Of a stretch of 64,000 bases of DNA, positions 53,732 to 64,000 are shown piece after piece. Position 1 is the first letter of the stretch. The number at the start of each line of letters is the position of its first letter. This stretch comes from Camelus ferus. Its lineage: Eukaryota. The notes under the pieces were generated by a model. The model made no database searches. It saw only the letters and a list, made by a program, of their open reading frames with translations, and was not told where the DNA came from. The position numbers and the translations under genes were made by a program. Location: the NCBI RefSeq assembly GCF_009834535.1, contig NC_045696.1:20834001-20898000 (forward strand). The letters run 5' to 3'.

Positions 53732-54345
53732 ATGTTATACTACTCAGCCATGAACGAGAATGAAATCTTGCCATTTGGAACAATGTGGATGGACCAAGAG
53801 GATATTATGCTTAGTGAAATAAGTCAGACAGAGAAAGAAAAATACCATACAAACCTCACTTGTATGTGGAATCTATAAGACAAAAGAAATGAACACATAA
53901 CAAAACAGGAACAGAGTCATAGATACAGAGAACAAACGAGATTGTCAGAGGGGGAGGGAGGTGGGAGGATTAGAAAAATAAATGAAAGAGATTAAGAGGT
54001 ACAAACATCCATTTACAAAATAAATGAGGCACAGACACGAAATACATAGCAAGGGTAGTATCTTTGCATGGTGACAGATGGTATCTAGAATTATCATAGT
54101 GATCATTTTATAATATACAAATATAATGAATCACTGTTGTACACCAGGGGCTAACATAGTGTTATAGATCAATTACACTTTAAAAACAAGCAAACAGATA
54201 AGCTCATTAAAAAAAAAAGAGAGAGATTGGATTTGTGGTCACCAGAAGGAGTGGTGGGGGAAGGGAACTGGATGAAGATGGTCATAAGGTACAAATTTCC
54301 AGTTTAAAGAAAAAGAAGTACTGGTGATGTGATGTACAACATGGA
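51976..54345 (+). mobile_element. Degraded L1 (L1MA9-like), RT domain to 3'UTR, frameshifted
   Basis: Encodes TANVILNSEK...LRSGTRQ and LFIDDM (FADDM catalytic motif region ~52196-52213), [14 protein letters not shown], then 3'UTR; many stops and indels. Confidence 0.93.
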
Positions 54346-54694
54346 TAGAGAGAGAGATGTGACTTATCTAAGGTCACACAGATGGTAAATATCCAACTAC
54401 TTACGGTGACTCCTGAACAATGAGACTTAGAAGGCATCATTTGCAATGTGTATTTGAAAGTATTGTCCCCACATAAACATCTAAAATTTCTTAAAGCATA
54501 TATTCTATGGAACAAAATGTGAACAGTGTTATTTTGTGTAGTCCAAAAATTTAATTGCACTAAACCAAATCATGGGGGAACTATACGAAATTAAATATTT
54601 ATTGCTTCTCTTAGATTCGCTTTTACCAATCTTTACTTTGGCACTTTGCTTTCTCCATACATTTACAAATGCTATATGAAACACCAATGATGAG

Positions 54695-55412
54695 ATTTAT
54701 AGTCATGGCAAAGTAATAAGGATAAGATGTATCTTTCCACATTAAATACCTAAAGTAATACATAAAATATATGAAATAATGGTTTTCAGCCATTGGACAA
54801 AAGACAGCTCAGAACAGTAATGTTTGAGAGAAGAGACATAAACCAAGTGAGGATAAGTGCCCAGTTCACTGCATGAAGAATTTCTCAGCCACACTGCAGG
54901 AAGGGGAGGGAGCTCAAAGAAAGCCAGCCCAGAGATCTTACTGAATTCAGAGCACAGGGAGACAAACTACCAGAGGTTAAAGGCTTGCACAGAGAGAAAG
55001 AGTCCCTAGATCTGCAGAAGTTCCCCAGAGTCTTTGTGTGCATGGCAGGAACTACATGAAGGACCACAGTGAAGTAGGAATAAAAACTACTGGAGACCAC
55101 ACACACCTGGCAAGTCTTCCTAACACAAGGTAATCATTGCCTCAGTAATGGGGCCAACTTAGCCTTAAATTCAAGGCTGTCATGTTGCCACCTAATAAAA
55201 CCTCAAAAGCAAATCGTAAGTTGATTGAACTGCTTTTAAGAAATGTAACTGGGCTCTGGAAAAAATACCAGAATATTTAAATGTATGCAGATGAGTTCAG
55301 AATCCAATAAAAAAAAATAGCTCAAGATACAAAGAAGAAAAATACCATCCATGATGAGATAAAAAATCCAAATCCAAAAATGACAGAGGATATAATTAGG
55401 AAAGGGTATTAA
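54695..55412 (+). mobile_element. Old L1MC/MD 5' end
   Basis: 'aaaatatatgaaataatggttttcagccattggaca...agagagaaagagtccctagatctgcagaag...agtaatggggccaacttagcct'. Confidence 0.65.
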
Positions 55413-55697
55413 TCCATTTATTTTATATAAACCTCGTGTTTTTCTTTGATTATGGCTCTGAATTAGTAATAAGTGATAGTGCCCAAATTTTCATTTCTTT
55501 TTAAGCTTATGGGGAATTTGCATATTTCTCAAATGAAAGCAGTTTTTCAGAGAACATTCCTGATCTTTCTTTCCTCCCACATTCCTTCAGTTAGACCGCT
55601 CCACCAGAGAAAGCTTTTACGTCAGGAGATTTGACAGAAGGACTCAGATGTCATGGGTGTTTTCTTCTGATCTTCCTACCAACATGATCAACCCATC

Positions 55698-55731
<34 letters not shown>

Positions 55732-55773
55732 CGCACGCACGTGCAAGTGTATGTGTGTGAGAGACAGAGAGAC
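55698..55773. repeat. (TG)n(CG)n(CACG)n tract followed by (GA)-rich repeat
   Basis: Read directly; uninterrupted purine/pyrimidine alternation 55698-55745. Confidence 0.95.
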
Positions 55774-55805
55774 AAAGAGAGACATGGAAAGAGAGAGCCT
55801 TTTGT

Positions 55806-56288
55806 TGTGAAGAGCAGAGTAGAATATACCACCCCCAAATCTGACACTTCAGCGTGTGGATTATTTTGAGCTGAATCCAATCAAGATGCAGCAGACTTAA
55901 TAAAAGCTTTTTACCTCTCTTAACTGCCTAAAAGTACAGAAAATCTGTTCTAGAAAGAGAGTTATTACCAAAGGTAACTTTTTTTTCTTAACCTGAAAGA
56001 ATTATCTGCGTAGCAGGGAGAACACCTGATGACTAAATGCTTCCTTTCCTCATCTTCATGTGAACTGCCCTTCTCCCCACAGAAGCCCCAGGCCCCTCTT
56101 CCAGTCTTTAGATTAGGGTGGTATATAACCCTCAATTGCCTGACTACGTCTGAGTCTCATATTTTTATGGTATACCCCCCTCCATGTATGAAATTAAGTC
56201 TGTTTTTCTCCTGTTACTCTGTCTTATGTCAATTTAATTTTTAGATCAGCCAAAGACTCTTAGAAGGGAAAAATCTCCTGCCCCTGAA
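55806..56288 (+). mobile_element. ERV1 LTR (MER34-like)
   Basis: 'agaatataccacccccaaatctgacactt...ggattattttgagctgaa...gtatataaccctc...ttttctcctgttactctgtcttatgtcaatttaatt'. Confidence 0.75.
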
Positions 56289-56329
56289 TTTGATAGCATT
56301 TAATAACACTGTTAGGGCAAATTTTCACC

Positions 56330-56822
56330 TGTGATGAGACCAGGATGGCCTCAACATTCTCAGCTTGACCAAACTTCAGACAGGCTTCTTCCTGACTTTA
56401 GGTCTCCAGCTTCCCTTTCCTTAGAGCATTTACTCTAGAAAACTTGCAGTTGTACATTCTTTCTCTGCGCCTTTAAGGTGCAGTTCTTCTACAACTCAGG
56501 ACTGTCTTTCTCAATAACCTGGGAGCCATCCCTTTGACATACACCATTAAGAAAGTTAGGACCCCTGTGTCCCAGTCCCTGTGGGAGGGTAGGAGCCTAA
56601 CTTAGGTAGAGGACAAATAGTGAACATAGATGGTCTAATCATGTTGGTCAGCTTTCCACTTGAAGTCTTCTAGTACTTGTCTACTAAACAATCCCAGGCT
56701 TGAAATCCTTGTGTTCTGTTTCAACGGAGTTGAGTTAAGTCTCTCTGCCCCATTGCAGTAGTCTTAAGTAAAGTTTCCCTTTGGTGTTTTTAACACATGC
56801 CCAGTGCAGTATTTCTTTTACA
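56330..56822 (+). mobile_element. ERV1 LTR (MER67-like)
   Basis: TG...CA; 'cagcttgaccaaacttcagacaggcttcttcctgact...ttagagcatttactctagaaaacttgca...ctgtgggagggtaggagcctaactt...cggagttgagtt'. Confidence 0.8.
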
Positions 56823-57047
56823 GGGTACAGATCAGAAGTTTTGAATGGATTGGTTAAATTTAAGATGGAGAACTGAAAGTTAAAATTTGCTTTTGAACAA
56901 AGCTACATTTCCTATCTCAATCCTAAGCAGGTTTCTTAATCATTGTGGAAAACATAGAAGGAAATAATATAATGGAGAAATAGAAAACCCAACATTGAAG
57001 ATCAAGAACATTAATTATTTTCATAGCTAGGACATTTCCAGATCACC

Positions 57048-57056
57048 CTCTCTCTT

Positions 57057-57091
<35 letters not shown>

Positions 57092-57103
57092 TCAACACAC
57101 TCA
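57048..57103. repeat. (TC)n(AC)n compound microsatellite
   Basis: Read directly from the sequence. Confidence 0.9.
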
Positions 57104-58743
57104 CAGAAAAAGTTTAAAACACTTCTATTTCTGAACTATCAAATGAGTGAGGGAGAAACTGAATTCCCTGCCTATATTTAGAATCTACACATTATTATAG
57201 GTTTGAAATTTTAATGAATGGTGGAGACCTCTATTTAAAACAAAATTGACATACACACAACTGAAGTTATTCCCCCAAGGGAAGCTAATTAGCAAATGAA
57301 CAGAGAATATAATTCAGATTTCCTTAAGTTTCACTACCCTAAACTACCTCTCTATTAATGTCTCCCTGATTGCACTAGAAGGCATGTTTTAAATCAGAAT
57401 TTTATATAGAAAGTGAAAAATATTTTTCATGTATATCAGATAATCTCAACAGTTGTTGCCAATTAAAATGAACTGTGTGCATTAGCACATCTTAACCCAG
57501 GCCTCTTAAGCAACATCAGGGGCTCCACTGTGCTCGGTTTCCCCCAGCATCTCGTTGATTACCACCTGACCTGGTGTGCTCTTACAAAGTGCACTTGAAC
57601 AGAAATGCATAGGCCAAGCAGCGGTGTTAAAATAACAAGAATTATACCATCATCAGCATTCAGGACAGTTACTTTTTGAATTGGATCCTTTATGCTAGTA
57701 TCTGTTTCATTTCCCATAAAAAAAAAAGGCTGAGAGTCTACCTGTTTGCAAATTGCCTCAGTTATAGATGGTATATATTGTCATGTCAAAAATGGACGAG
57801 GGTCAATTTTCTTGATGGCCTTACCCAAAATTTCATTTGAAAAACTAGGAAACGACTACGTTCAGATTTTCTTCAGTCTCATGTTCATCTCATTTCATTG
57901 AGATTCAGAACCTCACAGAGCAAACACTGGATTATTTTGTGTATAATTAACGTGCCTGCATTCATGCATTTGATTATTAATCAAATCATAGAATTATTCT
58001 TTAGCATTTTATATTTCTCAGCAAATAACTTATCAATATAAGTATATCTTGATCATGTAGTGATAGATTTACCAAGTTCACCAGATAAATTATGCTATGT
58101 AAATCATTTCTAAAACAATACAGCAAACCTCAGGCCCCCAGACAGCAATTCGCAGGGTGACTGGAGATGCTTTTTAGCACAGTTCTCGTTAGGCTTTCTC
58201 CAGTTTTAGCTAACAGCAATTCACAGCCTAAGCTTAATGTCTGCAATGATGCACCCTGATGAGTGAGAGCTTTTCTCAGCATGGATCTTATTAGCATTTT
58301 TCTGTGCTTGGCAATAAGCAACTCAGTACTCCCGATATCGTCACCCCTTCATTGCCCCCAGCAGACGGCTCTGATTTCTTTAAAGAAAGAAGCATTCTCT
58401 ACTGGCTGTACAAAACATTTTTTTTTTAAGTTTGCCCTACTGGAGACAGGTGAAAGACTGACTTTCAGCAGCTGCGCAGGAGACTATTTCCAAGGGTTCT
58501 TTGTATTAATATGTAAAGCAATAATCAGTAAGTAGTACCTTTTGACAAACAACAGGTGGCTTTTCATTCTAAAAGAGGCAGTATCTTATTGTGAATCAAA
58601 GGTACCCCGTGGTTCTGCCATCATTTCCCTGTACCTCCTACCAGCTCAGGGCATATAGATATCTTCACAGACCAGAGTGACGTGGCTCTCCCCAGAGTTG
58701 CCTTCCATGCTCAAATTGAACTTCAATGGGCTGGCAAGTCACT

Positions 58744-58757
58744 TCACTAGTGGGCGC
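58744..58757 (+). promoter_or_regulatory. Candidate CTCF core motif
   Basis: TCACTAGTGGGCGC versus consensus CCASYAGRKGGCRS, 2 mismatches; motif match only. Confidence 0.3.
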
Positions 58758-59479
58758 TTTCCTTGTACTCTCAAATTGCAGGGGGCTTTTGAACTGAAAA
58801 TACAGGCTTCCTAATCAGAGAAAAGAAGCCATAATAGAGCATTCCCTGTAAGAATACTCAACGCTGGAATAAGCATACGCAATGCAGATTTTCTTCTGCT
58901 TTCTCCCCATACTCACTCCCCAGAACCATGTGCTCTGGATTGAAATGCCTCTGACTGAATGAACGTGGAATTCAGTTATGAAACAATTTCTAATCATTGG
59001 TAATGCACAGTGTTTCTTATTTTACTGTGTTTAGTTGGGTACACCAGCAAGAGTAGAAGTGTTGAGATTACATTTTGGCCCTAAGAGAATGAGAAATTAA
59101 TTTTCCAAAGTCTGAAATACAAATATTTCCATTTTGTCTGCAATGCTAAGCATCATATTATTTGTAAGGCGCACTAAGATGAGTTAAATGTGCATTAATG
59201 CAATATACATTATGCATTATGCCGTATGAAGCCGACCCAGAGGTACCGTAGACAATGAGATCCTGTCTCAACCTTTTGCTCTTAGTCCCATTCATAAAAT
59301 AGACTTTAGGATAAATGTGTGAATGTTATCTCTTTCTTCCACATAACAAGTAAATTACTGAGAGGTGTCTACTGTTATCTTTACAAGTATTTTCAACCTT
59401 GGGATTTTCAGATATTTGTATCTGTATGATAAATACTGGGTTAGACTTCTAAATTGTTTTCTTTTTGGTGTCCAAATAC

Positions 59480-60332
59480 TTTTTTTTAATTGAAGTATAG
59501 TTGATTTACAATATTGTGTTGGTTTTTGGTGTACAGCATAGTGATTCAGTCATACATATATATACACATATTCTTTTCCATTATAGGTTATTACAAGATA
59601 TTGAATATAGTTTCCTATGTTATATTGGGGGACCTTGTTTTTTTAATCTATTTTATATATGGTAGTTTGTATCTGCAAATCCCAAACTCCAAATTTATCC
59701 CTCTCCTCCCTTTTCCCTTTGGAAACCATAAATTTGTTTTCTATGTCTATGAATCTGTTTCTGTTTTGTAAATAAGTTCGTTTGTCTCAATTTTTTAGAT
59801 TCCACATATAAGTGATATCATATGGTATTTGTCTTTCTCTGTCTGAATTACTACACTTAGTCTGATAATCTCTAGGTCCATCCATGTTGCTGCAAATGTT
59901 ATTATTTCATTCTTTTATATATATTCATATATATATATACCACAACTTCTTTATTCATCTGTCTATGGACATTTGGGTTGTTTCCATGTCTTGGCTATTG
60001 TAAATAGTGCTGCTAGAAACATTGGGGTGAATGTTGTATCTCTTCTAATTGAAGTTTTCTCTGAATATATGCCCAAGAATAGAATTACTGGATCATATGA
60101 TAACTCTGTGTTTAGCTTTTTAAAGAAACTCTATACTGTTTTCCATAATGGCTGCACCAAACCCACCAGCACTGTAGGAGGGTGCCCTTTTCTCCACACC
60201 CTCTCCAGCATTTATTGGTTGTGGACTTTTTAATAATGGCCATTCTGACTGGTATGAGCTGATATCTCATTGCAGTTTTGATTTCCATTTCTCTGATAAA
60301 TAGCAATATTTAGCATCTTTTCATGTGTCTAT
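59480..60332 (-). mobile_element. Young L1 3' end with ORF2 C-terminus
   Basis: Poly-T, 'aattgaagtatagttgatttacaat...'; minus [49 protein letters not shown] on both flanks (59473-78, 60333-38) as partial TSD. Confidence 0.93.
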
Positions 60333-61194
60333 CAAATATATTTTAAATGAAATACATAATGTCTTTATCTCTAATTCTATTTAGTTACCAGTTATCATAT
60401 TTTGTATGCTTTTAATGATGCATTTTTAAATGCTCCCATATTACAGAATATTTAGTGATAGAAATGTTGAGTGATTCAGTGTGCTAGTTTAATTGAAAAA
60501 TGGAAATTAGAGTTTAAAAAATTAGAACACAAATAAAACTCTAAGTAAATATATTTGGAGCTAATTTAATTGAGAGTATTTGGTCAATAAATCAACATGT
60601 ATTCAGGGTACTTTACTTGAGACTGGGGAACACAGTACCAACCAGGGGAGTCACAAAAGGAATTATCTGCTTACAATTATTTAGAGAATGGAGAGCCCAT
60701 CTTAGAGTAAGAAGCCACTGAAATACGAATTGTAGAAGACAAAAATTTCTAACAACAGTGACATAAACAAGAAATGAGATACTATACTTAATTACAAAAC
60801 TGTGACCCTTATCATCATGGGGTGTAAAGAACAAGAATATTTTAAAACTTCTTAATCTCGTTCTCTCTCTCTTTAGGCGGTCTTTACAAAAGCAGCCATC
60901 CAAGAAATAAACATCAGGCCTAAGATCTAGAAAGATACTTTGGTTACATTGGAGTTTTTCAATGCAGACTTTATTTCTGATCTACAAATCTAAGAATTTA
61001 TAATAGGTACTGTTTTTGTTTTAATTTTGTTTCTAGTCTAGCCTGGAGTTTAAAGTTTACACTTCTCCAGATGCAGAAACCAAGATTCTAGGGGTTTTAA
61101 TGATTTGTTCAAATGTATTCATCAATGCAGGAGGGGTCTTCCTATCTAGTTAAAAGAGCTTTCTGATAAGCTGGAGTAGTTCTAAAAATATCAA

Positions 61195-61390
61195 TTTAAT
61201 AATCGTTATTATTTATTGAGTTTATGCTGTGCTTTTGCTTTTGTTCTGCCCTTGAATTAGCCTTTTTCTTATTGCTTTAATCCCCATCTAGTAGGTGAAG
61301 AAACTAAGCCAAATGCAGGTTAAAAAGTCTGTACATTTTACACAATGAGTCAAATTAGACAGTGAAATCAGTCAGGATCAAAATAAAACA
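61195..61390 (-). mobile_element. MIR fragment
   Basis: 'atttattgagtttatgctgtg...atccccatctagtaggtgaagaaactaagcc...aggttaaa'. Confidence 0.55.
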
Positions 61391-62739
61391 CAGCATGTAC
61401 TAGTGTACCGTATCTTTTCAGGGGCAGAAAGAATTTTCCATATGTATGCTTTTTCTCTGAATACTGAACCATAGATTGATTCTCTCTAACGGCCTACCAA
61501 AATGCCCTGCTAGAGCAGTATTATGGAAAATTAGTATTTTCTAGTGAGCACTAAAATATTTCTGTACTTATTTGAGTTACTCAAATAAGGGAGAAGGGGA
61601 GACATGCACTCTTATAAAATGAGAAAGAACAATACCATAAAATGAGCAAATCAGATCATAGTATAGCATGGATTAAAGCTATCTATATATCTACCATCTA
61701 CCTGTCTACCTACATATTGCTATCTGTCATCTCTATGTTTTAAACACTGAACAGCAGGAAATAATGAATACAGTTGCACAATGCTTCTCCACTTTATTAG
61801 TGAGACTTTTAATGTACAATGTGATTGCCCTGTGCTTGCAAACATGTCATACCTGAAAAAAGATGTAAGGATTCTGGAAGAACACACAGCATAATTAAAT
61901 GGATGTATTTCCAAGGTCACTTGCAATGTAGTTACAGATAAAGAGCCAGTAAAATGACAAAAATTAGTAGTTAACACCACATCCAATGATCTCAGCTGGC
62001 AACTATTATAACTGCGTTGAAAGTTACTACTTAAGCTCCTGTGGCTATTATGCGGATAATTCTCTTGGATGAATTAGCCACTTTATTTAATATAATTACA
62101 GATTTGTTAAGCTAAACATTCCACAGCCAAGAAAACATCTGATCCTTCCTTTATGCAGAAAAACATCATGTTGTACTAACAACTATGCTTTAGCTCTAAT
62201 GAAGAGTGTTGTCTAAGAGTGTTGTCTAAGCTGATTTTACACTCAGTGTGAATAAAAGAGATAAGTAGAATGAGAACTTAGCATAATGATCCGTGCCATG
62301 TTCCTAAAGTACCAGCAGACTAAATATTATAATTTAATGTATTTATGAAAAAAACCTCTGATTTAAAGCATTTATATGCTTGGACATTATTTATATTTTT
62401 ATACCATGTAGTAATTGTTCTGATCTGATAATTCCTCAATAGGAATTTCTTGTGTTTTGAAATTTAAGTGTTTTGAAATTTTTAGGAGCTTATCTTTTTA
62501 AAATTAATATATTCTTCCTAGAGCTTAACCCTAATTTAATATAAAGACTCAGATAAGATTTTTCTCTTCCAGATTTAGATGAGTTTTCTGAGACATAAGC
62601 ATATTTGTTATTTCTTAATCAAAATGAAAGAAAACATATTATATCTGTTTATTTTTGTGATTAACAAGGTACTGGGACTCCACTAGAGCACAGATTCGTT
62701 TGATCCACACCTTTCTGAATAAGTAGCTATAGCTCATTT

Positions 62740-63379
62740 TGTAACCGGTGTTCCAGGATCTTGTTCCGTCCCAGAAAGAATTCAAAGACGAGACATGGAG
62801 GTTAAAAAAGTAAAATGAGGCTTTATTAAGGGATGGATAGTACATTCTCAAGGGGAGAGCGGGCAGGCTCAGGTGAGCAGCTGCCCTGAGTTTCTTTGGC
62901 AAGTTGGTTACATAGGGTGTAAAAATGAATGGGCAGAATATTCATTGGGGAGGGAAGGATTTGGGGTCGTATTCCCTGATTATCATCCCAACTCCACCTT
63001 CCCAAAGGGAGGAGGGATTTTCGTCCTTATTTAGTCTGGATCGGAAGTGTCATGGCGTCGGTGCATGATGGGTACTTCTGGTCTGCAAAGTTAATTTTAT
63101 TGAAGTGAGGGCAAATGAGCAAAAGGTTACATTCGGACACTAGAAATTCCAGCCTTTCTCACTTTTGTTTGTTAGCCTCTGGGCCACTCATCACCCCCAA
63201 AGTATGACCACTTATCAGCCCAGTTTCGTGCTTTTCTTTCTCTGCCCAGGGACCCCTGGTGCTTACATGATGTTTGGTTTCCTGCATTTGGCCTGTGTCT
63301 CTCCTTTCTGCCCAATTCCTGCCATCTGGTCTGCGTCCCCTTTTCTCTGCTCATATCTAGCTATCTGCCTGCTCTAACA
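62740..63379 (-). mobile_element. Intact ERV1-type solo LTR, 640 bp
   Basis: TG...CA termini, 4-bp TSD ATTT (62736-39) / GTTT (63380-83), TTTATT at 62822 (minus-strand polyA signal), several CpGs retained. Confidence 0.9.
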
Positions 63380-63683
63380 GTTTTATTTTCTAACAAGCAA
63401 CAAATGCAAGACAGCAGTTTAAAATGAGGTAACATGAAATTGGACTATTTTCCTTTTAACTATGTTCTAACTCTGAATTACTTTATTATGTTCTGTTATA
63501 AATCTTGTTTTGCCAAACAGGCTGCCTTTTACCTATCTCTTTTATTTCACACCAGTTTTGGAGACTTAGGTTTCTTTAAGAGTCTATCAAAAAAATTAGA
63601 TCGTCTTGCCAGCTAACAGGCTTGCACTCCTGTCTCTACATCCTCTCTTTATAGCTCAAAATACTTTTGACGTGCATGTCTCG

Positions 63684-64000
63684 TGGCAACTCTAAAGAAG
63701 ACACACAGCAAGAGATGTGAGTTGAAGTTTTATTCGGAGTCTTGCCGAGGATTGTAGCCCAGGAGACTGACAGTTAGCCTTGAGGAACTGCTCTGAGGAC
63801 ATAGGGGAGAAGTCAGTTTACATATGACTTTTGACTAGGAAATACATGTAGTCAGGCATACATCTTGGTGAAAGATTACTGCTGATCACAAAGAACAAAT
63901 AGCTTAAGTTAATGATTATAGTGCTTTTCTCTTGTATGGGAGGAGGCAAGAATCTGGGGCCATTGAAATTCTTCCTGGGATATGCATATAACTATCCAAG
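63684..64000 (-). mobile_element. ERV1 LTR (MER41/LTR8-like, artiodactyl type), runs off the window end
   Basis: 'agttttattcgg...gaggattgtagcccaggagac...gaactgctctgagg...aaagattactg...aagttaatgattatagtgcttttctcttgtatgggaggaggcaagaatctgggg'. Confidence 0.7.

Noticed and set aside
43870..63379. The two related LTRs as the ends of one provirus
   Set aside because: Opposite orientation, clear divergence, the second has its own TSD, and no gag/pol/env lies between them.
1..64000. CRISPR array, tRNA/rRNA genes or a prokaryote-like operon
   Set aside because: No regularly spaced repeat-spacer units, no RNA-gene signatures and no long ORFs; the sequence is mammalian repeat-rich DNA.

Overview
AT-rich mammalian non-coding DNA (gene desert or very large intron). 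I find no credible protein-coding exon, RNA gene or CRISPR array; the listed ORFs are chance ORFs or antisense/degraded read-throughs of transposons. A large part of the window is recognisable interspersed repeat: ancient eutherian L2/MIR, MaLR (MLT1) and ERVL LTRs, hAT and Tigger DNA transposons, old L1M fragments, five copies of a younger Cetartiodactyla-type L1 3' end, and several ERV1/ERV2 LTRs. The L1 tail type and the absence of Alu, B1/B2, Bov-A/BovB, PRE1, CHR or SINEC elements suggest a camelid (inference). The most interesting observations are (i) an isolated CpG/GC-rich patch at ~18.8-19.0 kb whose neighbouring L1 is skewed towards A/T->G/C changes (possible biased-gene-conversion hotspot), (ii) an ERV LTR inside an L1 that keeps a tRNA-Ser-like PBS stub fused to a duplicated LTR terminus, and (iii) repeat-free, motif-rich candidate enhancers at ~10.5 kb and 57.4-59.3 kb. 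I see no evidence for a new multi-gene system. Repeat family names come from remembered consensus sequences and need RepeatMasker/Dfam confirmation; boundaries of old repeats are approximate.
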